This document shows positions 48,477 to 58,009 of a DNA stretch of 64,000 nucleotides, in pieces. Location: the NCBI GenBank assembly GCA_949358305.1, contig OX442314.1, forward strand, positions 26,846,001-26,910,000. The letters run 5' to 3'. Below the pieces are notes generated by a model. It searched no databases. It saw only the letters and a program-made list of their open reading frames with translations, and was not told the DNA's origin. The position numbers and the translations under genes were made by a program. Each line of letters begins with the position of its first letter. Position 1 is the stretch's first letter. Source of the stretch: Strigamia acuminata (Eukaryota).

Positions 48477-48896
48477 TACTCTGATTCAACTCAAAAGGGC
48501 CCCTTTCTCCCCATTGACCGAGCCGTTTCACTGGTGTAGTGATCCGAAGAAATAGACACAAACACCAGAAATGCATTACAATGTACAGACATTGTAATCG
48601 ATAGCCTAGGTAACAGCCAAAATTTCAAACTTGTTTGCTTTCCAGACAAAGCAACCAATAAACAGAACAAATATGAGTTTTACATTTATATGTGCATAAA
48701 ACTTTATTTTCTAAATGAAAATAACATTTTATAATAAAATACAATTAAAATTATATCAATTTAAATGGTCATAATAATCTGAAAAATGAATAAAAATAAA
48801 AACTACTTCTCCTAGTGGTAGTAATACGGTCTACAGTTAGGAGTAATTAGGCTTGGCCAATGGGAGAAGGGGGACCTTTTGAGTTAAACCAGAGTA
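48477..48896. mobile_element. MITE of the same family as 22438-22797
   Basis: TA-TACTC...GAGTA-TA ends; shared internal CTGGTGTAGTGATCCG..AATAGAC..AAACACCAGAA and AAAACTACTTCTCCTAGT. Confidence 0.8.
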
Positions 48897-50672
48897 TAGT
48901 AAATCTTTGTTTTGTGTTTGACTTAATTCATGGACTTGTTTTCCCACGTCTTCTGGATTTGCTGAATTTTTATGTTTTGGTCTACTATTACACATGTGCT
49001 CATCTGACTTTAATCCTTTCACATGTTGATTTCACTAACCATTTGTGTGTCAATGTAAATAATTTGCCGGATACCCTTGATATTTTTAATGTCATTTAAT
49101 GATTTTATGTGTGCTTTGGGTGCTTTATTTGACTAGTTTGTTGTTGTTATTTTTCTTTTATCTTTTTGTTTTTATTCTGTTTTTGTTCTTTTTTTTTGCA
49201 AGCCAGTGGCTGTTTTTTTTTTATTTTGTCCTGTCTCTCCCCTTGTACTTGTAGGCGTTTGCTGTTGGGAGGGACAGGACTACTTTTTGAAAACTCAATA
49301 AACTTTATTTAAAAAAAAAAAAAAAACTTGATTTATTAAAAAGTGTATTTGCAAAATCAATTTCTACTTCAAAAGCAGAATTGATTATTTTTTTAAGCTT
49401 TGTTATTATTTCTTGGTTAAACTTCTTTAAAAACTATTTGTTAGATTAAGCTTATATAATTTTTCCAATTGGAATTGATTTTCTTTTATGCAAGAGCCTA
49501 TTACATGCTAACAAGCACACATTCCATTTTCTTTGCTTTATTAAAGTTTTGCTTCCAAAAATAATTTTCCCTCCTGAATTAAAGCCATTGCTGCTCATAC
49601 CGTACTCTAATATCGTCAAACACGTTGTCACGGTCCTGACTTTAGACAGTGTTAGTTTTCAAAATTTTGAGCGCATTTTGCGCCTTTCCTTTGAATTTTC
49701 CCCAATTTTATTGAAAAATTGTTCTAGTTTCTTTAAATTATTTTATTTTTCCCAAATCTAAATTTATTATTTTATTTTATATTATTTTCCTTATTTTTGA
49801 TATTTATCTTTAATTTGGCCTGGTTTTAATCACCCCATCCAGACAATTCATGAGAATTCTGCAATAAGTTGATATAATCGCGCTCTAAATTTGCATATTT
49901 CACCCCTGGTCGCCTGTTTTCTGCCCGGTCCCCATTGGGAATTGACTTGGCCTTTAACATGTGATCAGAGGTGACTTGTTCTGTCAAGACATTTTTGACA
50001 GAGAGAATAATTTTCGCCTTCGACTAGTCAACATCTTCTGTCTCAAACTGGAAGGTTTCCAAGTGCGATTATGTTGCGTCTCAACGCATACGGTCATTAT
50101 GCAGCCCGAATTCTCATGTTAGTCTAACTAACCACAACATTTATTATTTGCCCATTATTTGCGTACGAATTGCTGGAAAAACGGCGTATTCGACGGTCTC
50201 AATTCGTCAATACATTTTATGCCACGACTGTGACTTCCTCCTCAGCCTAGACATTTTGAACTTATACTCGTCTCAATTGCGTATTCATTTCATTATCGAC
50301 GGTTCGACGACGTTGTCTGCGGTTTGGTACCTGTTTGCGCGTTCACCCAACGTTTGCGCGTGTTCAGGAGAAGAAATATACTCTTCGTAAGTACGCCTAG
50401 CATATGACGACATTTTCCCTAGTGAAGAGCGATATTTTGGTCTTAAAATTCGAAGTATCAACGTTCGCCATTTTGTACGGCGCCCGAATTGAATCCTGCA
50501 CCCATAAAATACAGATTTCACGAATAGACGCTGTCTTAACCTAGCTACCACCCCCGGCAAAGTTTTAAGAGTTGCAGCGCCTGCGAACCTAAATTTTCTG
50601 GTTATTACAATCCCTGGAAATTCTTAAATTTCTGAAACCATTGTTAAAAAGTCGACTACGACGTGACAATCT

Positions 50673-50689
50673 TGGCGAGCTAGACAGGA
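50673..50689 (+). promoter_or_regulatory. PBS, probably tRNA-Arg(ACG)
   Basis: TGGCGAGCTAGACAGGA versus the complement of the animal tRNA-Arg(ACG) 3' end as recalled (TGGCGAGCCAGCCAGGA), 2 mismatches. Confidence 0.65.
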
Positions 50690-50818
50690 TTCAACTCGAA
50701 ACGTGTTCTAAGAGAACACAAACCACCATTTTCTTCAGTGAAGACTACGCAAGTATAGGTCGTTATATTTATTTAATTAATTACTTATTTTTGCCGGCAC
50801 ACATATTATTATTTCAAC

Positions 50819-52735
50819 ATGGCTTCACGCGACGCTTTGTCGCAATCCAGTGTTTCGGACGTAGAAGCCGAACAAGCGCATACTTTGCCACTTCCAGACT
50901 CACCAACACATGAGCCGGCCCAGCAGCAGGATTTACTAGTACAACCAATCTCTACAGACGTACCATTTTCCAATCCTTGGAGGACATACGCTCAAATGGA
51001 AGCGGATCAACTCCAACATGAACGGGAAGCGGCTACGGCACGGGATCAATGGGAGGAAAATAGACGCCATTTGCAGGACTCACTCATGGAAAGAAGACAA
51101 ATTGTGGACGGGATGCGAGCGGTTCGAGAAGACATTCAACGAGGACCGCCGCCTCCTTACCAACCTGCGTTTATGCAACCGGAACCACAACAACATCGAA
51201 GGAATCCACCTGCATTGACGATGGAAGCATTGATGAGAGTATTACGAGAGGATAGAAGGGAGTTACAACACGAACTTCGCCAGGAGTTGCTCGAATCGAT
51301 GAGGCAAATTAGGCGCGAGCTGAACGACAGAGTGGAGGAGTTTATCCATTCGCACAACGAGCGAACTCAGCCTGAACCGCCAGCACCTGAAGCGGGTTTG
51401 GGGGCCACACGTCGTGGTCGAGAGGGCGCTCGGGGAGCCGACTTTTCTTTTGGAGATACTGGACGTGCGTCAGGACCACGACGCACTGGCTCTTATTCTC
51501 CGAGACGACGCCAACAACATTCACAACAGGGAGACACGACTTTCAATGTTCCACGGGACCCACCACCAGATCCTAACCCGGATTCCGCTCAGGGAGGTAG
51601 TCAAGGCATACCACTCAGCGCCTCAAGACAGCTGCCTCACACGAGATCTCAACTCTCGTTGGAGTCGGAAGATCAGCGTCAAGCCGCTCAGGTTGGAAGG
51701 TATAAACTTAAAGTTGAAAAAATTCCATACTTCGACCCGGATGAAGCTACTTTCGACACAGTGGACTTGTTCCTAGGTAAGCTATATGCGCACATGTTTA
51801 CCATGGGAGCACCGGAAGGAATATATTTGAAAGTATACGTGGTTCTCGCGCTTCGAAATAGAGCGCAACGTTGGTGGATGGCTCTAACTCCAAAACCAAA
51901 CAATTGGGAGGACTTTGAATTAGTTTTCAGGCAGGTATTTTCCATTAATTCAGCTTTAGCTAATGTTAAGTTGTCTCAGCGCAAACAAAAGCCAGGGGAA
52001 TCAACTATGTCGTTCCTCAGCGAGATGATTCATTATTTAAATATTGCTGGATACAAGGACAAGGGCTTGCAGTGGGAACGAGTTCAGGGCATGATGCAAA
52101 CTCAAGTCGTACAATTAATGCGCTCTTGGTGCATCAGGACGATCGACGACGCAGTCAAAATGGGCAACGATGTCGATAATCGCCTTCAGTTGGATTCGTT
52201 GCGGACTTTTGAGTACAAGCAGTGCGGAGTTTCGGACCAGGAGATGCCTTTACCCGCAGGAGTGGGTCCTGCCACACGTACCAGAACAGAGGAGGAGAAG
52301 TTAAATCAACAATCTACTTCGTCCAGGTCTGGTCGTTTTTCAAGATTCAACAAAGTATTTACAGCATTGCTCGAGGACATGTCGGCGTGCGCGCTTGATC
52401 CAGAGGATCCCAACAGCGAGGAATCAAATAGGGACCCGCCAAAGGAGTCTGCATCAGCGGCAGCACAAAAATCTGATGTCCACGCCATGACTGCGACTAC
52501 TGCGCCAACACCTAGAACGGATACACAGCACATATGTCCCAAGGACGTTGTCATTTTTCCAGCCGCTAAAGAAGCGCCTTCAGAGCCAAAGCTCCCGAAG
52601 AATGCTATGTGGAGAAAAACACCAACGGACAAATGGTTCATGTCTGACAGGCAATCCTGGAGGCCTGTGTGCCCCGTTTGTGGCAAGGAGTGGAGTCGTC
52701 AGTCGGGAAACGCAAGCGGCCTGCTCAAAGCATGA
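50819..52735 (+). CDS. gag: Gypsy Gag, 638 aa
   Basis: Retrotransposon capsid-like motif ALRNRAQRWW...WEDFELVFRQVF...RKQKPGESTMSF; first ORF after the PBS. Confidence 0.9.
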   Translation: MASRDALSQSSVSDVEAEQAHTLPLPDSPTHEPAQQQDLLVQPISTDVPFSNPWRTYAQMEADQLQHEREAATARDQWEENRRHLQDSLMERRQIVDGMRAVREDIQRGPPPPYQPAFMQPEPQQHRRNPPALTMEALMRVLREDRRELQHELRQELLESMRQIRRELNDRVEEFIHSHNERTQPEPPAPEAGLGATRRGREGARGADFSFGDTGRASGPRRTGSYSPRRRQQHSQQGDTTFNVPRDPPPDPNPDSAQGGSQGIPLSASRQLPHTRSQLSLESEDQRQAAQVGRYKLKVEKIPYFDPDEATFDTVDLFLGKLYAHMFTMGAPEGIYLKVYVVLALRNRAQRWWMALTPKPNNWEDFELVFRQVFSINSALANVKLSQRKQKPGESTMSFLSEMIHYLNIAGYKDKGLQWERVQGMMQTQVVQLMRSWCIRTIDDAVKMGNDVDNRLQLDSLRTFEYKQCGVSDQEMPLPAGVGPATRTRTEEEKLNQQSTSSRSGRFSRFNKVFTALLEDMSACALDPEDPNSEESNRDPPKESASAAAQKSDVHAMTATTAPTPRTDTQHICPKDVVIFPAAKEAPSEPKLPKNAMWRKTPTDKWFMSDRQSWRPVCPVCGKEWSRQSGNASGLLKA

Positions 52736-52752
52736 GTCCAGAGAGCGGGTCG
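52705..52752 (+). promoter_or_regulatory. -1 ribosomal frameshift signal between gag and pol
   Basis: Slippery G GGA AAC in the gag frame (52705-52711), 6-nt spacer, 9-bp stem GGCCUGCUC/GAGCGGGUC; pol is in the -1 frame. Confidence 0.8.
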
Positions 52753-55700
52753 GATATAAACATCAAGGACTCTACTGAGAAGAAGACTGAAGAATCACCA
52801 GACATCGATGGAAGTACAAAACCGTCTACTCCGACATCAGAGGCGCCATCTGCTGTTCGAGAAGACAACAACAAATCATTAACCCCGTCTACGGACATTA
52901 AATTAACTACATCAATCAAAACAGATTCAAGTAAATCAAAATCAAAAACACCCGGTGTCGTAACACCACAACCAACAAAATCAGCGCAACTTTCGTCTGT
53001 GAAAGCCAAGGAAACCTTCAAAAAATTAACTTCGTTGACAACGCAGAGTGAGACGTTGCAAACAAACTTCGTTCTTTTGTCGCCCGAGGAATTGCAAAAA
53101 TCCGAAGAGCCGAGAATCGAAATTACGAAGACTGATCGCTTCAACAGAGAAGCACCATATATCAAAATAACATGGGCTAACGTGAGTTTTGTCGCACTTT
53201 TGGATTCAGGCGCTCAGACATGTGTAATGTCAGAGTCATTATTTAACAAACTTAAAGCCAATATGGGTTTGGAATTGCTCGAACTTCACGAAACAGTGCG
53301 TACAGCGGCCGATGACAAAATTCCAGTTAAGGGATCTGTTAAACTGTCGGTGCGCGCACCTTTGGCCGTTATTTCTTTCATTTGCTTAATTATACCCAAA
53401 ACATCAGAGGACCTTCTGCTGGGAAGAGATTTCTGCAGAGCGGTTGGTCTGTGCACGGACTTTGAATTGTGCCAGTGGTATTTGAAGGGATCACAAGAGC
53501 GAAGACAATTCATGACTTTAGAACAAGCTAACAAGTCAGAATCTGTTCTTTTGTTTCCCATCAGGAAACCCGATGATACAAAGGACAGCACTAAGGATGT
53601 GCCCAAGGTATTGATTAACAACATTAATTGTATTCTTCTAGAACATCGACCTTTGTCGCAAGAGATTTTCGAATATCCAAATGACGATGCTCAGCACCAA
53701 ATCAAGAGGATTCGGAATCGTACACGAGATCAATGGTCATTGATATGGTCACCAAAGAGGAAAGATTCCATTAAAAAAGCAAGAAAATTCAATTCATCAT
53801 TGTTTTCGACGCTTAGTCAACGCAGACGTGCAAGACGACAGCGGAGACGCCTTTATGAATTGTCACCAACAATAAAACAACTTAACACGCAGGGAAGACA
53901 GCTTTTGCGTCGTGTGGATGAAAATGCGCTCATGGCCAGAGTACACGATCATTCGACGATTTCGGAGCCGCCTCTGGATGTTAATGTACTACAATATCAA
54001 CCAAGCAGTGATCCAACACAACTGGATTGGATTTACGACCAGCTGTGGTCATCATTGACGGTACCCCAAATTCGTTTATTAATTCAGACTCTTCGACCAA
54101 TTTCGAAAGTGTTTCGCGAGGAGGTTGGATTATGTAACAACACTCAGTTTGAAGTAAATTTAAAACCGGACTTTAGACCAATTCATGTGCCTGTAAGACC
54201 CGTTAACCCAGCAAAAAAGATGGTAATTGACGCTTATTTGGACCAAAAACTAAAACAAGGCATTATTCGTCGATCAAAAAGTGATTGTGCGGTGGCGCCT
54301 GTTGTTGTTCCAAAGAAGACTGGAGATTGGCGTACAGCTATGGATTTTAGACCGATGAATGCTCAAACTTTGCCCGATGTCTACCCACTGCCCGACATCG
54401 ATAATATATTTTCTTATTTAGGAGGATCAAATTGGTTTTCGATCATAGATGGACGAGAGGCTTTCCACCAGATTGGAGTGCGTCCAGGTGACGAGAGATT
54501 TCTCGCATTTATCACGCATAGAGGACTTTTCGAATATGTGAGAATGCCATTTGGACCCATTAATGGCCCAGCAACTCTGCAGAGAGCCATGAACAAAACT
54601 TTGTCGAAATATCTTTACAAGTTCGTGTTCGTTTATCTCGATGACGTCATAATTTTCAGCAAGACTTTCGAAGAGCATGTGCAACATCTCAAAATAATTC
54701 TTCAAGCCTTGGATGAAGCGGGATTCACGATGAACGCCAACAAGACGGAATTGTGCAGAACATCGCTTGAAGTTTTAGGACATATTGTGGAGGCTGGACA
54801 CATTAAACCAAATCCAAATAAGGTGACGGCAATTCAATATTTTCCGGCGCCTACCAACATCAAAGAATTACAAAGATTTAAAGGAATGATTGGTTATTAT
54901 CAGTCATTTTTCCCAAATTATTCAAAAACATGCGAGGTGTTTCGCCCTTTACTCAAAAAAGATTCTGAGTGGAATTGGACGATTCAACACCAAGAAGCAT
55001 TTAATTCACTCAAGAGAGGATTGGCAGAGCCAACTCTACATCGAAGATTCCCAGATTGGACCAAGCCATACATACTACAAACAGACGCCAGCTATTCAGG
55101 TTTAGGCGCTGCCCTCATGCAACTAAATGATCAAGGTGAACGAACACCAATCGCCTTTGCATCACGTGCATTGAATTCTGCTGAAAAGAATTACAGCGTT
55201 ACCGAAATTGAGTGCTTGGCGGCGGTTTGGGCGGTCAAAAGATTTCGTGTATATCTTGAGATGATGAATTTTTATTTAGAAAGCGATCATTTGTCGTTAA
55301 AGTGGCTTTTCCAGCAGCGAGAACCAAAAGGACGCCTGGCACGATGGGTTCTGTCCCTCAGTGAGTACAAATTTACATTTCTTTACTGTCCAGGAGCACA
55401 GAATCGTGTTGCGGATGCCCTTAGCCGTGCGCCTGTGGAACCATCGGAACCATTGGATGCGGACGACTCGCCTCTCGTTGATGAAACATGCTACATCGCC
55501 TATTTTGACGACCCAAATGATTGGCCAAAATTACCAATAATCAACATTATTGGAGTTGGATTGGCTGCGGCACAACAACGAAATAACGCAGCTGTGATGA
55601 CAAGAGCGCAAGGACGACAACAGCGGATTAAACCAAAATTGGGTAGGCCAAAAGGTTCTAAAAACAAGAAGAGACCGCCACCAAATTATCAGGTATTGAC

Positions 55701-57477
55701 TCGAGCCAGAGCACGTCAACAAACACAAGTTTCGACGCCTCCTGGAGCTGTTGCACAATTACCACCTTTAATGTCGCCTCTGCCATCACCAAATGTGCCA
55801 ACTGCATCGTTTCCAACTCCTGATGTGTTGAGTCCACCGGCAGGACCATCTGGAGCTGTGCGACCGAATTTTGACGGATATGGAGATCCAGATTCGGATT
55901 CGTCGGACGATTCGACAACTTATCAACCAGCATGGATGGGGCGTGCAGGATTTATGCCACAGCAGGTGCGTCAAGATCGATCACAATTTCAAAGAAATGC
56001 GACAAGACGCCCTGTTGCTGATGAACAACAAGACGAAGAAGAGGATGAGGCCGAGCGACTCCATGAGGCGCCGCGAGACCACCAACCATTTCGTCTGATA
56101 CCAACAATTAACGAAATAATTCGTCGACAACACGAAGACACGTGGAGCGCCGAATTAATCGAATATCTTGATCAAGGACATTTGCCCAACGACCAAGTGC
56201 AAGCAGCGCGTATCAGGTATCGTGCCGTAGATTTTGCTATTTACAAGGGAATGTTATGTCGTTATCCACCGATTGACATAAATAAAATTCGCCGCAGAAG
56301 ACAAATCTATTTGCCCCTAATGTTACGCGAACAATATTTCAAAGCTCTGCATTACCCGCCGAGCTGCGGACATTTAGGAGTTGAAAAGACACTTCATCGA
56401 CTCCGGGCCCGAGTTTATTGGCCTAAAATGAAGGAAGACGTTTTGCTTTGGATCCAAAAATGTGAACCATGTCAACGAGCCAAGCCGTTGAATCGCCTCC
56501 CATATGGACCAATGATCATGGCCAAACCACGACATTTGTTTCACACAATTTATATCGATTATTATGGTAAAAAACCCCGATCGATTGGAGGACATTGTTA
56601 CGCATTAGTAATTGTGGATGCCGCCAGTCGATGGTTGGATGTGAGATTGACTGAGACATCTGACTGGAAAACAACAATTAAACAATTGCAAGGATTTATT
56701 CAGCGATGGGCATTTCCAAAAGTTATCATCAGTGATAATGCGCCAGCTTTCCGATCAATGGAATTCCAGGCTGCATGTCAGAGTTTTGGCGCCATCAATC
56801 GCTACACGGCTGTTTATCATCCACAGGGGAACTTAGCCGAAAGATTAAACCAAGCATTAAAAAACTGCATTTTAGCATATATTGAAGAGCATGTGCGCTG
56901 GGACGTTCACATTGGATATTTGGTGCTAGCAATCAACTCAGCATATCAAGCTTCGCTTCAATATTCTCCTTATCAAATGGTGACGGGACAAGAGGCGCGT
57001 TATCCAGGTGATTTCGATTCGGACACCGACGATGGACAGCCGCTGCCGCCAGCACGAGCGCGAGAGACGCATGAATTGATGAGAGAATTGCGAAATAATG
57101 CCACTGCAAATTTACAAAAAGCTCAAATTAGACATAAACGTTGGTTCGATCGAAAAAGAAGACCACACGATTTCAAACCAGGCGATTTTGTGTCTATTAA
57201 AAATCGACAATTGTCATCAGCGGACCGACAGTTTGCTGCAGGACTTCGACAGAGGACGGAAGGCGTTTACGTAATCCATAAATTAACTGGACCCAATACT
57301 GTCATTCTTATGGACAAGGATGGTCGTCGAATGCTGCCGTATAACGTCGTGGAATTGCGCCATTGGTTCAATAATGATGATGATCTAGACCAAACAGACG
57401 CAACAATGATCGAAAAACATGTTGCTGCGTTTACATCGGAAATTGAAACCATCATCGCTTCATTTTCGATAAAATAA
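52705..57477 (+). CDS. pol: Gypsy Pol (protease, RT, RNase H, integrase), entered by frameshift
   Basis: LLDSGAQ; MPFG, YLDD; LQTDAS, NRVADALSR; HHCC (HYPPSCGH...CEPC); DDE (IDY, ISDN, NLAER). Confidence 0.95.
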   Translation, partial: GKRKRPAQSMSPESGSDINIKDSTEKKTEESPDIDGSTKPSTPTSEAPSAVREDNNKSLTPSTDIKLTTSIKTDSSKSKSKTPGVVTPQPTKSAQLSSVKAKETFKKLTSLTTQSETLQTNFVLLSPEELQKSEEPRIEITKTDRFNREAPYIKITWANVSFVALLDSGAQTCVMSESLFNKLKANMGLELLELHETVRTAADDKIPVKGSVKLSVRAPLAVISFICLIIPKTSEDLLLGRDFCRAVGLCTDFELCQWYLKGSQERRQFMTLEQANKSESVLLFPIRKPDDTKDSTKDVPKVLINNINCILLEHRPLSQEIFEYPNDDAQHQIKRIRNRTRDQWSLIWSPKRKDSIKKARKFNSSLFSTLSQRRRARRQRRRLYELSPTIKQLNTQGRQLLRRVDENALMARVHDHSTISEPPLDVNVLQYQPSSDPTQLDWIYDQLWSSLTVPQIRLLIQTLRPISKVFREEVGLCNNTQFEVNLKPDFRPIHVPVRPVNPAKKMVIDAYLDQKLKQGIIRRSKSDCAVAPVVVPKKTGDWRTAMDFRPMNAQTLPDVYPLPDIDNIFSYLGGSNWFSIIDGREAFHQIGVRPGDERFLAFITHRGLFEYVRMPFGPINGPATLQRAMNKTLSKYLYKFVFVYLDDVIIFSKTFEEHVQHLKIILQALDEAGFTMNANKTELCRTSLEVLGHIVEAGHIKPNPNKVTAIQYFPAPTNIKELQRFKGMIGYYQSFFPNYSKTCEVFRPLLKKDSEWNWTIQHQEAFNSLKRGLAEPTLHRRFPDWTKPYILQTDASYSGLGAALMQLNDQGERTPIAFASRALNSAEKNYSVTEIECLAAVWAVKRFRVYLEMMNFYLESDHLSLKWLFQQREPKGRLARWVLSLSEYKFTFLYCPGAQNRVADALSRAPVEPSEPLDADDSPLVDETCYIAYFDDPNDWPKLPIINIIGVGLAAAQQRNNAAVMTRAQGRQQRIKPKLGRPKGSKNKKRPPPNYQVLTRARARQQTQVSTPPGAVAQLPPLMSPLPSPNVPTASFPTPDVLSPPAGPSGAVRPNFDGYGDPDSDSSDDSTTYQPAWMGRAGFMPQQVRQDRSQFQRNATRRPVADEQQDEEEDEAERLHEAPRDHQPFRLIPTINEIIRRQHEDTWSAELIEYLDQGHLPNDQVQAARIRYRAVDFAIYKGMLCRYPPIDINKIRRRRQIYLPLMLREQYFKALHYPPSCGHLGVEKTLHRLRARVYWPKMKEDVLLWIQKCEPCQRAKPLNRLPYGPMIMAKPRHLFHTIYIDYYGKKPRSIGGHCYALVIVDAASRWLDVRLTETSDWKTTIKQLQGFIQRWAFPKVIISDNAPAFRSMEFQAACQSFGAINRYTAVYHPQGNLAERLNQALKNCILAYIEEHVRWDVHIGYLVLAINSAYQASLQYSPYQMVTGQEARYPGDFDSDTDDGQPLPPARARETHELMRELRNNATANLQKAQIRHKRWFDRKRRPHDFKPGDFVSIKNRQLSSADRQFAAGLRQRTEGVYVIHKLTGPNTVILMDKDGRRMLPYNVVELRHWFNNDDDLDQTDATMIEKHVAAFTSEIETIIASFSIK

Positions 57478-58009
57478 CTTAATTTCTTTTCATTTTATAA
57501 TTTTATTTCTTTCTTTACTTTACCCAACCTTCTTTCCTTCTTGTGTTTATAATTTTCCCTGCTTTAAACCAAATATTTACGGAGGATAGACGCTGAAAAT
57601 AGTAAGTAAAGATTAGTTTAGGAATTTGAAATTCATCAATTTAAAATGATGATACAAAAATTTACTAAGTCCAAACTCATGCTTCTTCGAAGTGCGTGAT
57701 TAAATCTCGTTCACGCGAGAGGTCCGTGTCATATTTTGTGACGAGGCGACCCCGTAGCGAGACCGCGTGTATTAAAGACATGTGAGGGCACGACTTAGCT
57801 ACATTTTAACTTGCGTCTGAATAGTCGCGCCTCAAAAACTTAACAATCACTTAAATTGGATAAATATTGGTAGAAATTGTGCGTCTATCACCCGTAAGTA
57901 CTTTCTATCTCACAACAATTTAATTTTAATTGAATATTTTCGCTAAAATAACTTTTTCTTTCCTGGAAAATTTTCATTTTCTTTTAGTTTCACTTTACAA
58001 TAATTTATT

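Noticed and set aside
50285..50560. Identical 91-aa antisense ORF also at 62368-62643
   Set aside because: Duplicated only because it lies in both LTRs; non-ATG start and no recognisable motif.
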